Made by a program: the position numbers and the translations under genes. Shown here piece by piece: positions 39,889-52,500 of a stretch of DNA of 64,000 nt (positions within the stretch are counted from its first letter, which is position 1; each line of letters begins with the position of its first letter). The stretch spans positions 4,279,992-4,343,991 of the forward strand of contig MU053561.1 of assembly GCA_013239625.1 (NCBI GenBank). Direction: 5' to 3'. The DNA is from Lama guanicoe. Lineage: Eukaryota. Under the pieces are notes generated by a model that had not been told where the DNA came from, ran no database searches, and saw nothing but the letters and a program-made list of their open reading frames with translations.

Positions 39889-42800
39889 AAGCATTTTATT
39901 TCATCAAATGCTTTTTCTGCAACCTTTGAGCTAATTTAATGATTTTTCTTTTTTATTACTTGATATAGTAAATTACTCTGTTGGTTTCTTAAAACAGCCT
40001 TACATTTCTAAAACCTCACTTATTCAATGTAACATGGTTTTAATATATTGCTAGATTATATTTACTAATATTTTGTTAAGGGTTTTATATCTATATTTAT
40101 AAGAGATACTGGTCTGTAATTTTTTTTTCCTGCAATATCTTTATCAAGATTTGGTAGCAAAAACTAGTTGGGAATTGTTCTTCCTCTTCTATTTTTTGAA
40201 AGAATTTGTTTGTGGAAGACTGCTATTACCTCTTCCTGAAGTGTTTGTTAGAACTCACCAGTGAGAACTTCCCAGATCTGGATTTTTCTCTAGAAAATTT
40301 TTGAACAAATTCAATTTCCCTGATATATGTCTCTTCAGATTTTCTACCTCATCTTGTGTCAGTTTTAGAGAGCTAGGTTTTCAAAGAAATTTGCCCATTT
40401 CTTCTAAGTTTCAAATTTATTGGTATAAAATTGTCCATGACATTTCTTTGTTACCTTTTAATATTTACCATATCTATATGGTCATGGCCTATTTTATTTC
40501 TGACTTCAGTGAGTTTTATTCTCTCTCTCTTTGTAATCAATCCTGCTAGGGGCTAAACAATTTTATTAATATTTTCAAAGACTCAAATTTTGACTTCCTT
40601 AATTTTTCTCTTTATCTCACCTATTTCTTTGCTCTCTCTTCTCATCTTTATTATTTCCGTTGGTCTGTTTTCTGTGAGTTTCATTTGCTCACATTTTTTT
40701 CAGTATCTAGATGAAAACCTAGGTCATTTCTTCTTTACACTGTTTATAAATTTCCCTACAAAACTGCTTTAGTTGTATCCCACAAATTTTGATACATTGT
40801 ATTTCTATGATCATTGGCTTTAAAGTAATTTCTAATTTTCCTTGTGATTTCTTCTTTGGCCCATGAATTATTTACTAGTGTAATGTTTAATTTCCAAATA
40901 TTTAGGCTTTTCTAGATGCATCTTATGGTTACTCGTTTCTAATTTAATCCTGTTGTAGTAAAAGAATATACTCTATAAGACGTTATTATTTTTAAATGTA
41001 TAGAGACTTGCTTTATGGCTTAGCATATGGTCTATCTTGGTAAACATTCTATGTGCACTTCTAAAGAATTTACAGTTGTAGCTAAATGTCCTACAAATGT
41101 CAATTAAGTCAAGGGAATTAATAGTATTGTTCAGATTTTCTGTATTCTTACCAATTTTCTTCTAGTTGCATCAATGGCTGAAAGAGGGGTATTACAACCT
41201 CCAACTATAATTATGAAATTCTCTATTTCTCATTTTACTTTTTTAAGTTTTTTCTTTATGTATTTTGAAGCTCTGCCATTAAAATCAAACAGATCCATGA
41301 CTATTATATCTTCCTGATGAACTGATACTTTTGTCATTATCAAATGCCCCTCTGGATCTTTGATAATACTCCTTGTATTTCAATCTACTTTATGTTTTAT
41401 TAAAATTATCATTCCAGCTTCTCTATTCTTCCTACTTGCCTGGTATATAGTATATATTTTTTTCATCTTTTTATTTTCAATTTCCTTGTATCTTTATATT
41501 AAATAAAGTCTATCTCTTGTAGGGAGCATATAGTTTGGTATAGTTTTTGTATCCAGACTAACAATTTCAAGGCTTCTCCCCAAACCTACTCAATTTCAAT
41601 TTTCAATGTATGGGATAAGAAATACGAAGACATACACACACACACACATAAATATATTTTAAGTTGCTTAATGATTTTAACACAGCTAGACCACAGATGT
41701 GCACTCTATTACAATTACAAGGATTGATGTCCACAATCTCAAAAGACAATGTTTGAAAATAACTGCTACAGTATAAGGGGGTTAAAATTCCTAAATTCTC
41801 ATCTATGTACTTGTATTTTAAAAACAAAAATAAAGATTCCAAATACCTTTGTCTCATAAACATTCAGTTGCTTGCTTTCTGCTGTACTCTTTTTTTTTAA
41901 GGTCTTATTCTGTTAAAAGTTCAAAATAAAGAATTAAATTTAATACCGAAATGATTCAAACTTACACCACCACTGACTTAAATTAAAATTGCTAAAGGAA
42001 AAAAAAGCATTATTCACTAAAACTGTAGTAAAAAAATAAAATTTTTTAAAATACTTTGATTTTGTGAATCAGTGCATACCTCCTGCTGGAGTTCTTCAAT
42101 AACTTTGCTTTTATTTTCAACTTGTTTCCTTAAATTGTTACACTAAAAAATCATGAGAAATTAAAATTTTATTCAATATTCCAGTCAAAATAAATAATTT
42201 CAGACTAACAAAAACATCAACATACCAATCACTTCAAAACTCATGTCATTAAATAATTCCATTAATGTCAAAATTATGCGAACAAGTACAAATTTTAATA
42301 GATTATCTCAGTACAATTTTGAAATTCTTAAAGTCTTAATTTACTTAAAGAACATGTGAATTCAACTACTCTAAAGAAAAATGTGCCTCTTACTCAATCC
42401 CATACACTGAGCTGACTTATATAATTAATTGGGTTTTCAAAAGCCAGCCAGAAGTAAGATTAACTGTAATTTGTCTTTTTCCTTATTCATTATTCTCTAT
42501 TTATTATTTCTGAGATCTCTTTAAACTTATTACATTTGGGAAAGGGGAATAATGTGATACTCTATTCCTCCTAACTACTTTCTAATTCCTCTTTTAGGAA
42601 TATCAGCTAAATCACTTTTTTATATTTCACTTTAAGGGATTATTTCACCTGGTACACATGTAGAATTGGATTAAGAGGTATTAGGCCCAAGAAATACTTG
42701 GAGTACCATAAAAGCAGCACAGATTTCTAAAGAGTCCTAAAACATCACAGATATATAATTTGTTCTAATGTCCATCAAAGCAGAAATAAATTCCAATGGG

Positions 42801-45800
42801 AAAAAATTTTTTAATCTCCCTCATTAGCACAAAATACGGTGTTAAATATTTTCCTTGCAACAGTCATGTGCAGTCACAGTCAGCTACTATTCTGAAACTA
42901 AGTAAGATATGACCCTGCTATTTACAAGTGATTTATTTCATCTAAATTTTAATGTGCCCTTCAATGGTCTATTTCAGAAAACTCAAAAGAAAACTAAAAG
43001 AAGAAAAGCTACAGAATAGTAAGAAACATTTTACTGATTTTTATATCAATTTGGCTGGTATAAACATATTAGCAGGTGAAATTATTTGTGTATACAATTT
43101 TTACTTATTAAAAACTAAATCAAGGATTTCCATTTTTGACAGAAAAGCTACCTAGATACTCTGAATAACCTTCCTAATAAAAATAATTTAAAAGTAAATA
43201 TCTAGGAAAAAAGGAATCTGCTTACTTGAAATCACAAATTTAAAGTATAGTAATAGTAGATTTGGGGTTGGCACCAAAGCCAGCATTTGATCTAAGTTTA
43301 TCTGCTGAAACTACTAGGGTACAGGAGATAGGAGATAACATGCAGAGCTCACTAAAGGCAGAGAATCCATTAAGACAACCCTGCATAAAGTTAAAAACTC
43401 AAAAGACTACCTACTTGGTGAAAGTGTAAACAAGAAATAAATCTGCCACACAGAAGGGTACAGTAAGGAAACCCCTCTATCCTGATCCTGGCACGGAGTG
43501 AAAGGCATAAAAAATTGTCCCTGAAAATTTGTAGCCATGAGATGGCCTTATAATGGAGGATTCATACTGAACTCATACTATCTCTATGATCTCCAAAAAC
43601 TTCAAATGGAGATTTTAATTTAAAATGGTTCCTAGTTAGTAGTGCCCCCAAGAAAATCTTTTTGGGAGGATATCAACTTAAATACAAACCTCAAAGAATT
43701 ACCACAGATAAAATTCCAAGGAATCAAAACACAGAGAAATAAAGCTCAAAGAGTAAAAGTCAGCAAAAAGAACAAATAGCAAAACAGACCTGAAAAGGCT
43801 TCAGATATTGAAATTACCAGAAAAAGAATATCAAATTTAAATATTTTAATATTTTTTAAAATTAAAGACTTAAAACTATGAAAAAGAAATGAAAGACCAT
43901 AAAAGATGGTTGAGCAAATTTTAAAAAGAACTAGTTAAAACTTCAGTAATGAAAAATGTAATTGAAATTTAAAACTCAATAAAGAGAAGAAAATCAGTTA
44001 CTTTTTGGCCTTACCAAATGAATGCTGAACAAATTTTTAAAATATCAGTTTGAAGTATCACCAGATTATAACTTTGCCCCAGAAAGCACGTTTTATGTAT
44101 TTCTCTCTTATTCAGACCATCAAAATTTATTCCTTTAAGAGTTCATGTTGATGACTATACTTTTCTCCCACTCAGCTTTTCCTAAATAGCCATATTTATA
44201 ACTGACATTACTATACATTAAAAAAATTTTTATAACTAGGATTATTACAGTTTAAAAAACTGTCTATTTTACTTAAAGGATAATGACAGCAGATCTATCA
44301 ACTTTGAATGTCATTTTGACTGTCCTATCTCACTCTCCCTTCTTTCTGAATAAACTAATGAAAATTAAAGTAACTTAAGTTTTCAATCCTTTTAAATTTA
44401 AAAATCTCCAAATTTAGGACTAATTAAGATTTATTTAGTGGAATGCCCAAAAATTTTTGAAAAGATTTAAAACTATCACAGTTCATTTTTAAGTAAAATA
44501 ATTCATATGCATAAAAACAAAGAATTTTATTCACCAGAATTCTAGGTAGAAGAAAATGGTATTAATTATTAGAGATCAGAACTTCAGAAAGTAAACTATA
44601 CTTTCCAAAGGACTACGCACTAACTCATATACAGAAGGTCAAGTTTAGGACAAATGTATGGTAAGGAGCAGAGAAGGGAAAGTGAATTGATATGGCCAGC
44701 TAGGCAGCAGAAACACATAAAGAAAGCAGACATTTTTCTGCAGCTCCCCTAATGATAAGAATGACAGAGATATATAAGAATGATTTTTAAAAGCATCTTG
44801 CTACTCTTAAGATATCCACAACAAATGCAGCTGCTGAGAGCATGAAATTTGGGGAAAGGGAAGAGATACCTCAAGAACAGTTTAATGAAGCTTTGCTCTT
44901 TGACGCATTGTGCGAAACTCTGAACCCAGAGCCTCTTCAAAGACACCTGCAGTAAAAATCCTACACTATCCCTAAAAGCCTTCAAAGTAGAATTGAGATT
45001 TCTTTGTACAGGACAACATAAAGGTTGGCCCAAATCTAGTCATACATATACTGTTACAAAGCCTCTATTCCCAAACATTTTTTGCATTTGATAATACCTT
45101 GTTTTCTAATATCTTCATTTGTTTATCTTTTTTTACAACTTCACATTCAATGCTTCGAGCCTAAAAAATATTATTTGACATCAGATTTAAAATGTTAACA
45201 GAATTTCTATTTTCTTCTTTGAGTATCTTTTAGAAATGGAATTATAAAGTTTAGTCTTATATTTCTACAAAACTCTTTCAGTTTATTTCAGTATCCTTTT
45301 GTAAAAGAGAAATTGTTTCTGTGTCTATATGCTAAAATCCATCATCCTTACCTTATCCTAGTATCACTTTGCAATATTTTATTAGCTTTCCCAGTTTATA
45401 CTGGATTTTTAAATATTATCTTATATATAAATATTTATAATCTCTTACATATGTCTTTCAGAAACATCTGTTAAACTTAACTTTGTAACAACCTAATATT
45501 ATAGAAAAAATAGGTATTTTATCCCCATTTTAGAAATGAGAAAACAGAAGCTCAGAAAGATAAAGTCTCATGAAATAATGTCTGAACTAAGGTAGTAGAT
45601 TGGAGTGGGGGGAAGCATAATGAATTTCAATGTCAGGCAAAATATCCAAGAAATATTTTCAACTTGGATTCTTCCCAGGAAACTGTTTCAATAGGTAAAT
45701 TGAAATCAGACCATGGAAAGCTTCAACATGCTAACAACTTATCTTGCATTTTGGTTTTCTTTTTTCTGTTTCTTAATTCATTAATATTTTCTACACTGGT

Positions 45801-46559
45801 AAAATAAATTTAAATTCTTAGTGAAATATTTTTATTTTACATTAAACATTAAATTCATGTTCTTCCCCACACTGACAAGATGAGTGTTTTAAAGCAGCCT
45901 CTGATATAAATTTTAAAGTAGTGAACTACATACCAAGTCTTTAGGATATTAAATTCATTTTTTCTGGTTGAACTTAACTTATAAATAAGAAAATGATAGA
46001 CAAAATAGCCTTTTGAGAAAAAAAATTTCATGTAGTCTAAAGAATGTCAGAGAGCCAGCTCTTCCACTTCTGTCATGTAGCCTTTCGAGATTTTTTAACT
46101 CTTTGGAGGCCCAATTTCCTAATTCATAAAATGAGGACAAAAATGATATCTACTTAAATAAGATAACATATATAAAGAATCTAGAATGTTCCCAGTTCAT
46201 TGTAAGCCCTTAAAAATACAGCTCATCTCATCTTTGGACTATTCTAATAATCTGAAAACTCTCCAAAGTGTAAATAAAATTATGATTCTTCTCAGGTCAA
46301 AACTCTGCAATAACCTCAGACTACTAAATACAGCTTATGAGGCCTTAAATGATCTATCCTCACTTCTCCCCATCCTCATTTTTCCCCATCACATCATCTC
46401 TCCACTTACTCTCTCCCCACTCTCTCCACTATCACCACTATGTTAAACTCCACCTTTCAGCCAATGAAAACTTTATATAGTTGCTTAAAAGTATGGGCCC
46501 TCTCATACTTCCAAGGCTCCTTCATACTTTGTATACAAGTTACATATGTATTGTATGCA

Positions 46560-46594
<35 letters not shown>

Positions 46595-49500
46595 CTTGGA
46601 ATACTCTTCTCCTCCCTAATATATTCGTGTCCACCCCTCTGCCTTCCACTAATTCCCATTAGTCTAGGGTTTCAAAATTAATGTTGCTTCTTTCAGGAAG
46701 CTTGTCCTGACTCATTTAGATAGATGCCATTTCTATGGGCTCCAACAGCAATTATATAGAAGACCTAATGTTCTGTTCTGGCCACCATCCTTTCCTGCAA
46801 AAACTCTTTTAGAGTAAACTCCACAGTAATCCTGCTCAGTTCATGTAGTTTGATGGGGATGGATCTGTCTCTAAGAGTGGGAATATACTCAGGCTTGGCC
46901 AGATTACTCTGTCCCCTAACTGCAAAAAGTGGCTTAGGTATAAGTGAACTAAACTAGGCCAGAGTCCTCTCCAAGATTTTTTTCTGAGCTTTCAAGATGA
47001 CTTTTACAGCTTTTGTGTGCCTTTCACATCTCCCTATTACGGTCTTAAAATTTTTAAATGTTGTTTTCTTAATAAAAAACCTTAATTGGATCACTGTTAT
47101 CCACTGAAACAAATTAAATCCAAACTTAGCACCCAGAACAGTGCCTGGCATATAGTAAGTAGTAAGCAATATTTGTTGAATGAATGAAAAAACACAGTCA
47201 AGGCCTTTGCAATCTAGTTTGATCTTGCTATTTCAGCACTATTTTCTCCCAATATTTATATTGTATCCTATAATCATGTCACATACTTTCTACTATTTCA
47301 CTTTTGTGATAATCTTTCCTAAAAGCCTTTTTCCTTTCTCAGCTCTTTGAAATCACAGCCAATGCACAACACAAACATTAATCAATTTATCAGTATATTT
47401 CATATTACTAAAGCACAAGCCTTTTATTTAGCCTAAAAAAATAAGTCAACATTTATAAATGCTCAATATTTAAAGAAACTTAGAATTATGCCACTATTTC
47501 TTCTAGATATAAACCACATAAACAAGACAACCCAACTTGCCTATATTTTTAAGGTCAACAGTCTACAACAGTCCCTAGACCACTGGTTATTTATACAATA
47601 GTATACTTTATTTTTTTTAGACATGAGGTATTGCTTTTATGATTTAAAACTTTGTGATACAAACAATTATTAAATACAACATACATTTTCTTCACTCTTG
47701 TCCAATTTGCTTTTAACTTCGTCTCCTTTCTGTTTTAGTTCTTCTCTCACAGATTCCAGTTCATTCCTTTAAAGGAAATGGAAGAGTGACATTGCAATAA
47801 AATTTACATTTTTATATTTTATTTCCTTTATGAAATTTCTAAAATGATTGACTATTTAATTTTTTGGTTTATACTTTCATTTTGCTTGGTAATTTTTCAT
47901 GCATTATTATCAATAGGCACACTTCTACTCCTATATTTAATGTGTACTTTTATTTTGAAATTATCTAGATCCTTATAGTCATTTTCCCATTTAAAAAAAA
48001 ACTCCTAGATAATACTACTCAGCCATAAAAAAGAATAAAATAATGCCATTTGCAGCAATATGGATGGACCTGGAGACTGTCACTCTAAGCAAGGTAAGCC
48101 AGAAAGAGAAAGAAAAATACCATATATCACTTATATGTGTAATCTAAAAGAAAGACACACATGAACTTAATTTACAAAACAGAAACAGACTCACAGACAT
48201 AGAAAACAAATTTATGGTTACAAGGCGGGGAAGTGGGCAGGGAAGGGATAAACAGGGAGTTCAAGGTTTGCAGATATTAACTACTATATATAAAACAGAT
48301 AAACAACAAGTTTATAGTGTATAGCACAGGGAACTATATTCAGTATCTTGTAGTAACCTATAACAAAAAAGATTATTAAAAGGAATACATGTATGAATAT
48401 ATATGACTAAAACACTATGCTGTACACCAGAAATTGATACAACATTGTAAACTGACTATACTTTAATTTCAAAAAAGAAGGGGAAAAAACTCCTAGATAG
48501 AAACTCTCATTTCTTATATAAGCCGAGATTTCACTTTACTGTTTTCTTAGTCATAAATTAGTTATCATTATAAGACATAGTCATAATGTTTTATAAATAA
48601 ACTAGGGACAAACATAGAAGTGATTTTAATGAAGAACTACATGACTGAGATATTTGCATATACATATTCCCTTATATAATGTACAGAGTATATCTGGAAA
48701 AATACATAAGAAACCATGATACCTCTGGGAAGAGAGACTGGATAGGAGGAAGAGATAGGGCAAAAAAGATAGTGTTCTTTCCCCGTGTCCCCTTGTCCTT
48801 TTGACTTTTACACCATATGCATGTATTATCCATTCAAATTTTTTAAAATTAAGAATCTGTCTGTTGTACATGAAAACAATGGTGCTTTGTCTCAGATGGA
48901 TATTTGAAGCTATTTCTAATGGTAGTCTCTCTTGTTACTACAATTATATGTTGCTGGGTCTGACCTGAATGCATAGAACAGTATTCAATCATGTGGAATA
49001 ACTGGCCTTGTGAAAACTGAATCTGAGATGTCTACTCTTTAACTGAGTTTTAAATCTTTAATCAGCATATTTTTACTTTTCCTAAACATATTTGTATTTA
49101 AAGTTCTATAAGTCCACTGAGTAGCTAGATATACAAAAAGATATTATCTAAATAATTTGAATTCTCTTAAATAAAAAGCAGCCTTCCCATAAAATATGTC
49201 TTCACTTTTTATCCCTGAAATGTTCTATGGCTTAATCACAGAGATTCAATCTATAATAACAATCACTTCTGAAGAAGAAAATTGAGCATAATGGAAGAAA
49301 GCAATCTTTAGAAGCAAAATAAGAGATGACTTTCCAAATATGGAAAATAGTAACAGTTAAGTACCAGCACTGTGTTCAGCACTTTATTCACATTTTCTCA
49401 TATAATCATCAGACAGTCCTATGACGGAGGTATATCAAGTCTAAAGGAAGTCTCAAATCATTTAAAATAGCAGGTTAAGTTTTAATGACCACATTCTTTA

Positions 49501-52500
49501 ATCAATCAAAATTTAATATTTCAGAATATAAGTATAAATGAGAGCCCCCAAATATTTGGAAATTGTCTAAATTACTAATGGATTAAAAGGAAACTTAAAA
49601 TACAAAAACAGATCATTTAGAAAATAATAAACATGAAAACACTACATGTCAAAATCCAGGTCATGGATCTACAGCAGTGTTAAGAAGTAAACTGATATCT
49701 TGAAATGTTTTTATTATTTGAAAAAATGAAAGATATATTAAAAATCAATATATTGATATTTGGTTTATCAATTTTTACAACAAATAAAGAAAAGATTAAT
49801 ATTTGATTGCAAGAAGGAAAAACTTTCTAAGTATAAAATCAATAGGTGTACAGGAATCATACCACAATAAATGTGTTAAAAAAAAAAAGCAATGGGAAAA
49901 AATATCAAAAGGAAAGACAATTAGATTTAACACAAAATTTTTTTAAAAAATTCTATATGACAAAAAAAACTACTCAAAGTGAAAGGAAAATAACAGGTTG
50001 GGGAAAATATGTGCTGTAAATTTAAAAAGATTAAGGATTAATGTGCTTTTTTAAAGCTTAAATAAATCAGTACGAAAACAATCAAGGTCTCAAAACATTA
50101 GTGGGCAATGGGTATAAGCAATTTAGAAAGAAATGTAGAAAGCACACATGAAAAATTCCAAAACTTACCCAAAACGTGCAAATTATAAATCATAAGAACT
50201 ATGAGTTGTTTTTATCTGTTATATTATCAAATAAATTAATGAAAATACCCAAAGGTAATTAAAACATTTTGGAACTAGCATTTTCATACAATATTGGTTT
50301 ACTGCATAGCTTACAACCAATAAGACCTATTAGAAATCATTTGTCTATCAAAAGTGAGTGAAATAATTATTCGTATGACTCAGTAAATTCTACCACTTCA
50401 AATTTATCCTGTAAGAAAAAAATCTGTATATGCCAAAATGTTTACTGTACTATTATTTACGATAGCAAAAAACTGGAAAATGTAAATATCCAAATTAAAA
50501 TAAATAATGTTAAATCCACTTGTGTGACTAGCGTACAGGCATTAAAATAGATGATTGTGAAAACACCTAAAGACACAGATAATTAAAATACCTCTTTTAA
50601 ATTTCTGGTATATGATTAGTGTACTTTCTTAGTTAAACAAATATTAAATATTAGAAAATCTATGATACTTTGAAACTAATTTCTATGTGTAATATCACTA
50701 TTTCAACACTATGTACAAATAGACATTATTACAGTTTTATTTTTAAGCAGGATTCCAAAGCAATAATTTAAGTCTAATTTTTCACTTTATACTATATTCA
50801 GCATAAGATTAATCCAAATTAACTCTAACAAGTTAACAGAAAAGAAATACTAAAATCTTTTGTCAGAAAAAGGCCAATGCATTAGTCTTGCCTTAACTGT
50901 GTTTCTGTTTCTTCCAGATTTTCTATTTGTTTCAACATTCTTTCTTCTTGCTTTTTGCTATTCTAAAGAAATAAGCAGTGTGGTTTACATTATTTTGTTT
51001 CAACAAAAATAAAATTGAAACTAATATTTAAGACCGTTATTGGTCTTAGAATTTATAAAATTCATTTAGTTACATATAACTAGCAAGAGTTATATATAAA
51101 TAGCAAGAGAATGAGCTATTTAACTTGTATACTTCCATACTACTTTTCCAGCCTTATTTTATTCCCCTAATAATCCTCACACAGTAGCTAACAAACCAAG
51201 TCTTACTTACCGTTTCCCAGTGATACTCTGAGACTTATGTCTTTTGTTGTGGCTTCAAGGAATGCTTTTCCATTCACTGTTAGCTACTGAACTCATAATT
51301 ATTCATATTTTAAGGCATATACTGATGCTATATTCTTTCTGAACACTTCTCTTTCCCCAAGGCAGAAATGATCCTGCGAACTATGATAACACTGTATTCC
51401 CAAAATGATACATGCGACATACTATTTTAAGTTATTTGGACATTTTTTTTTCTATTGAGTCATAAACTCCTTAAGAGGAAGGATGATATTTTACTCATCA
51501 CTGTATCCTCCACAGTGCCTTATATAATTTATTAATACTTGAATACTTTATAAAAATCTTGATGCTTAAAATTAAAGTAATTTTATCAATAGAGAGTCTC
51601 TATCATCTGTCATTACCATCTAAGATCAATATGCATATTTTTCTTCTAAAACAAAGTGGTATTAGCTCTAAGATAATCAGACTTTCAAAGCTAAAAGAAT
51701 CTTTAGAGGTCATCTAATCTAACCCCATAATTTTACAGTAAGAAAACTAAGTCACTGGTATTGTCTTTTTCAACTCACATTAATATCTTCTTGTTGTTTC
51801 TTGAGTTCTAGAGCCATATCACTTGTTTCTTGTGCTAGTCCTTTGTTCTCCACTGAAAGCCTGCTGCAGCTAGCAGTTAGTTCAGTATTCTTAAGCCTAT
51901 TTTTTAAAAAACATGTCATACCAAAATATTCACATGCAAAATTATATGTGTAATTTTATCCAAAATAATCTTAGGGGGAAAAAAGGAAGAATTGGGGTTA
52001 TAAATGAATAAAACTGACCATTAGTTAAGAATTTTTGAGGCTGGGTAGTAGGTATATGCTGGTTCATTAAACTATTCCCTCTTAACATCATATATAATTG
52101 AAATTTTTCTGTAATACGTTTTTCAAGATGTCATATATTTCCTTGACTATTACCCACACCTCTTTCCCTTTTACCTTTCCACGAATTTTGAAAAGTATAT
52201 TATTTTCTTCATATATTTTCTCTCTAGTAGACTCTTAGAAATTGTTTCAAATTTCTAAAGATTTGATTTAAGTAGTACATGAAACATTATTTTCATTTAA
52301 CTATCCTCATGAAAATAAATAAAACTTTGTACACAACACTTAAACTGCTCTTACAAGGTCTGAAATGGTCTACATTGGAAGAGAGATTATTGCTGTTATT
52401 GGCTGCAGCCAGAATCAATTTTAAATGAAGAAAGGGGAGTGTGGGGCTCTATGGAATGATATCAGGAGCATCTATTATCTCCTCCTACGTCCTGACACTG

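Larger units (their letters stand above)
37035..41570 (-). mobile_element. Stack of minus-strand L1s; an L1MB (about 38061-38903) is nested with TSD-like tttgccca(c/t)ttt
   Basis: ORF 39177..39464 ([10 protein letters not shown]) is L1 RT; antisense 3'UTR motifs. Confidence 0.8.
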
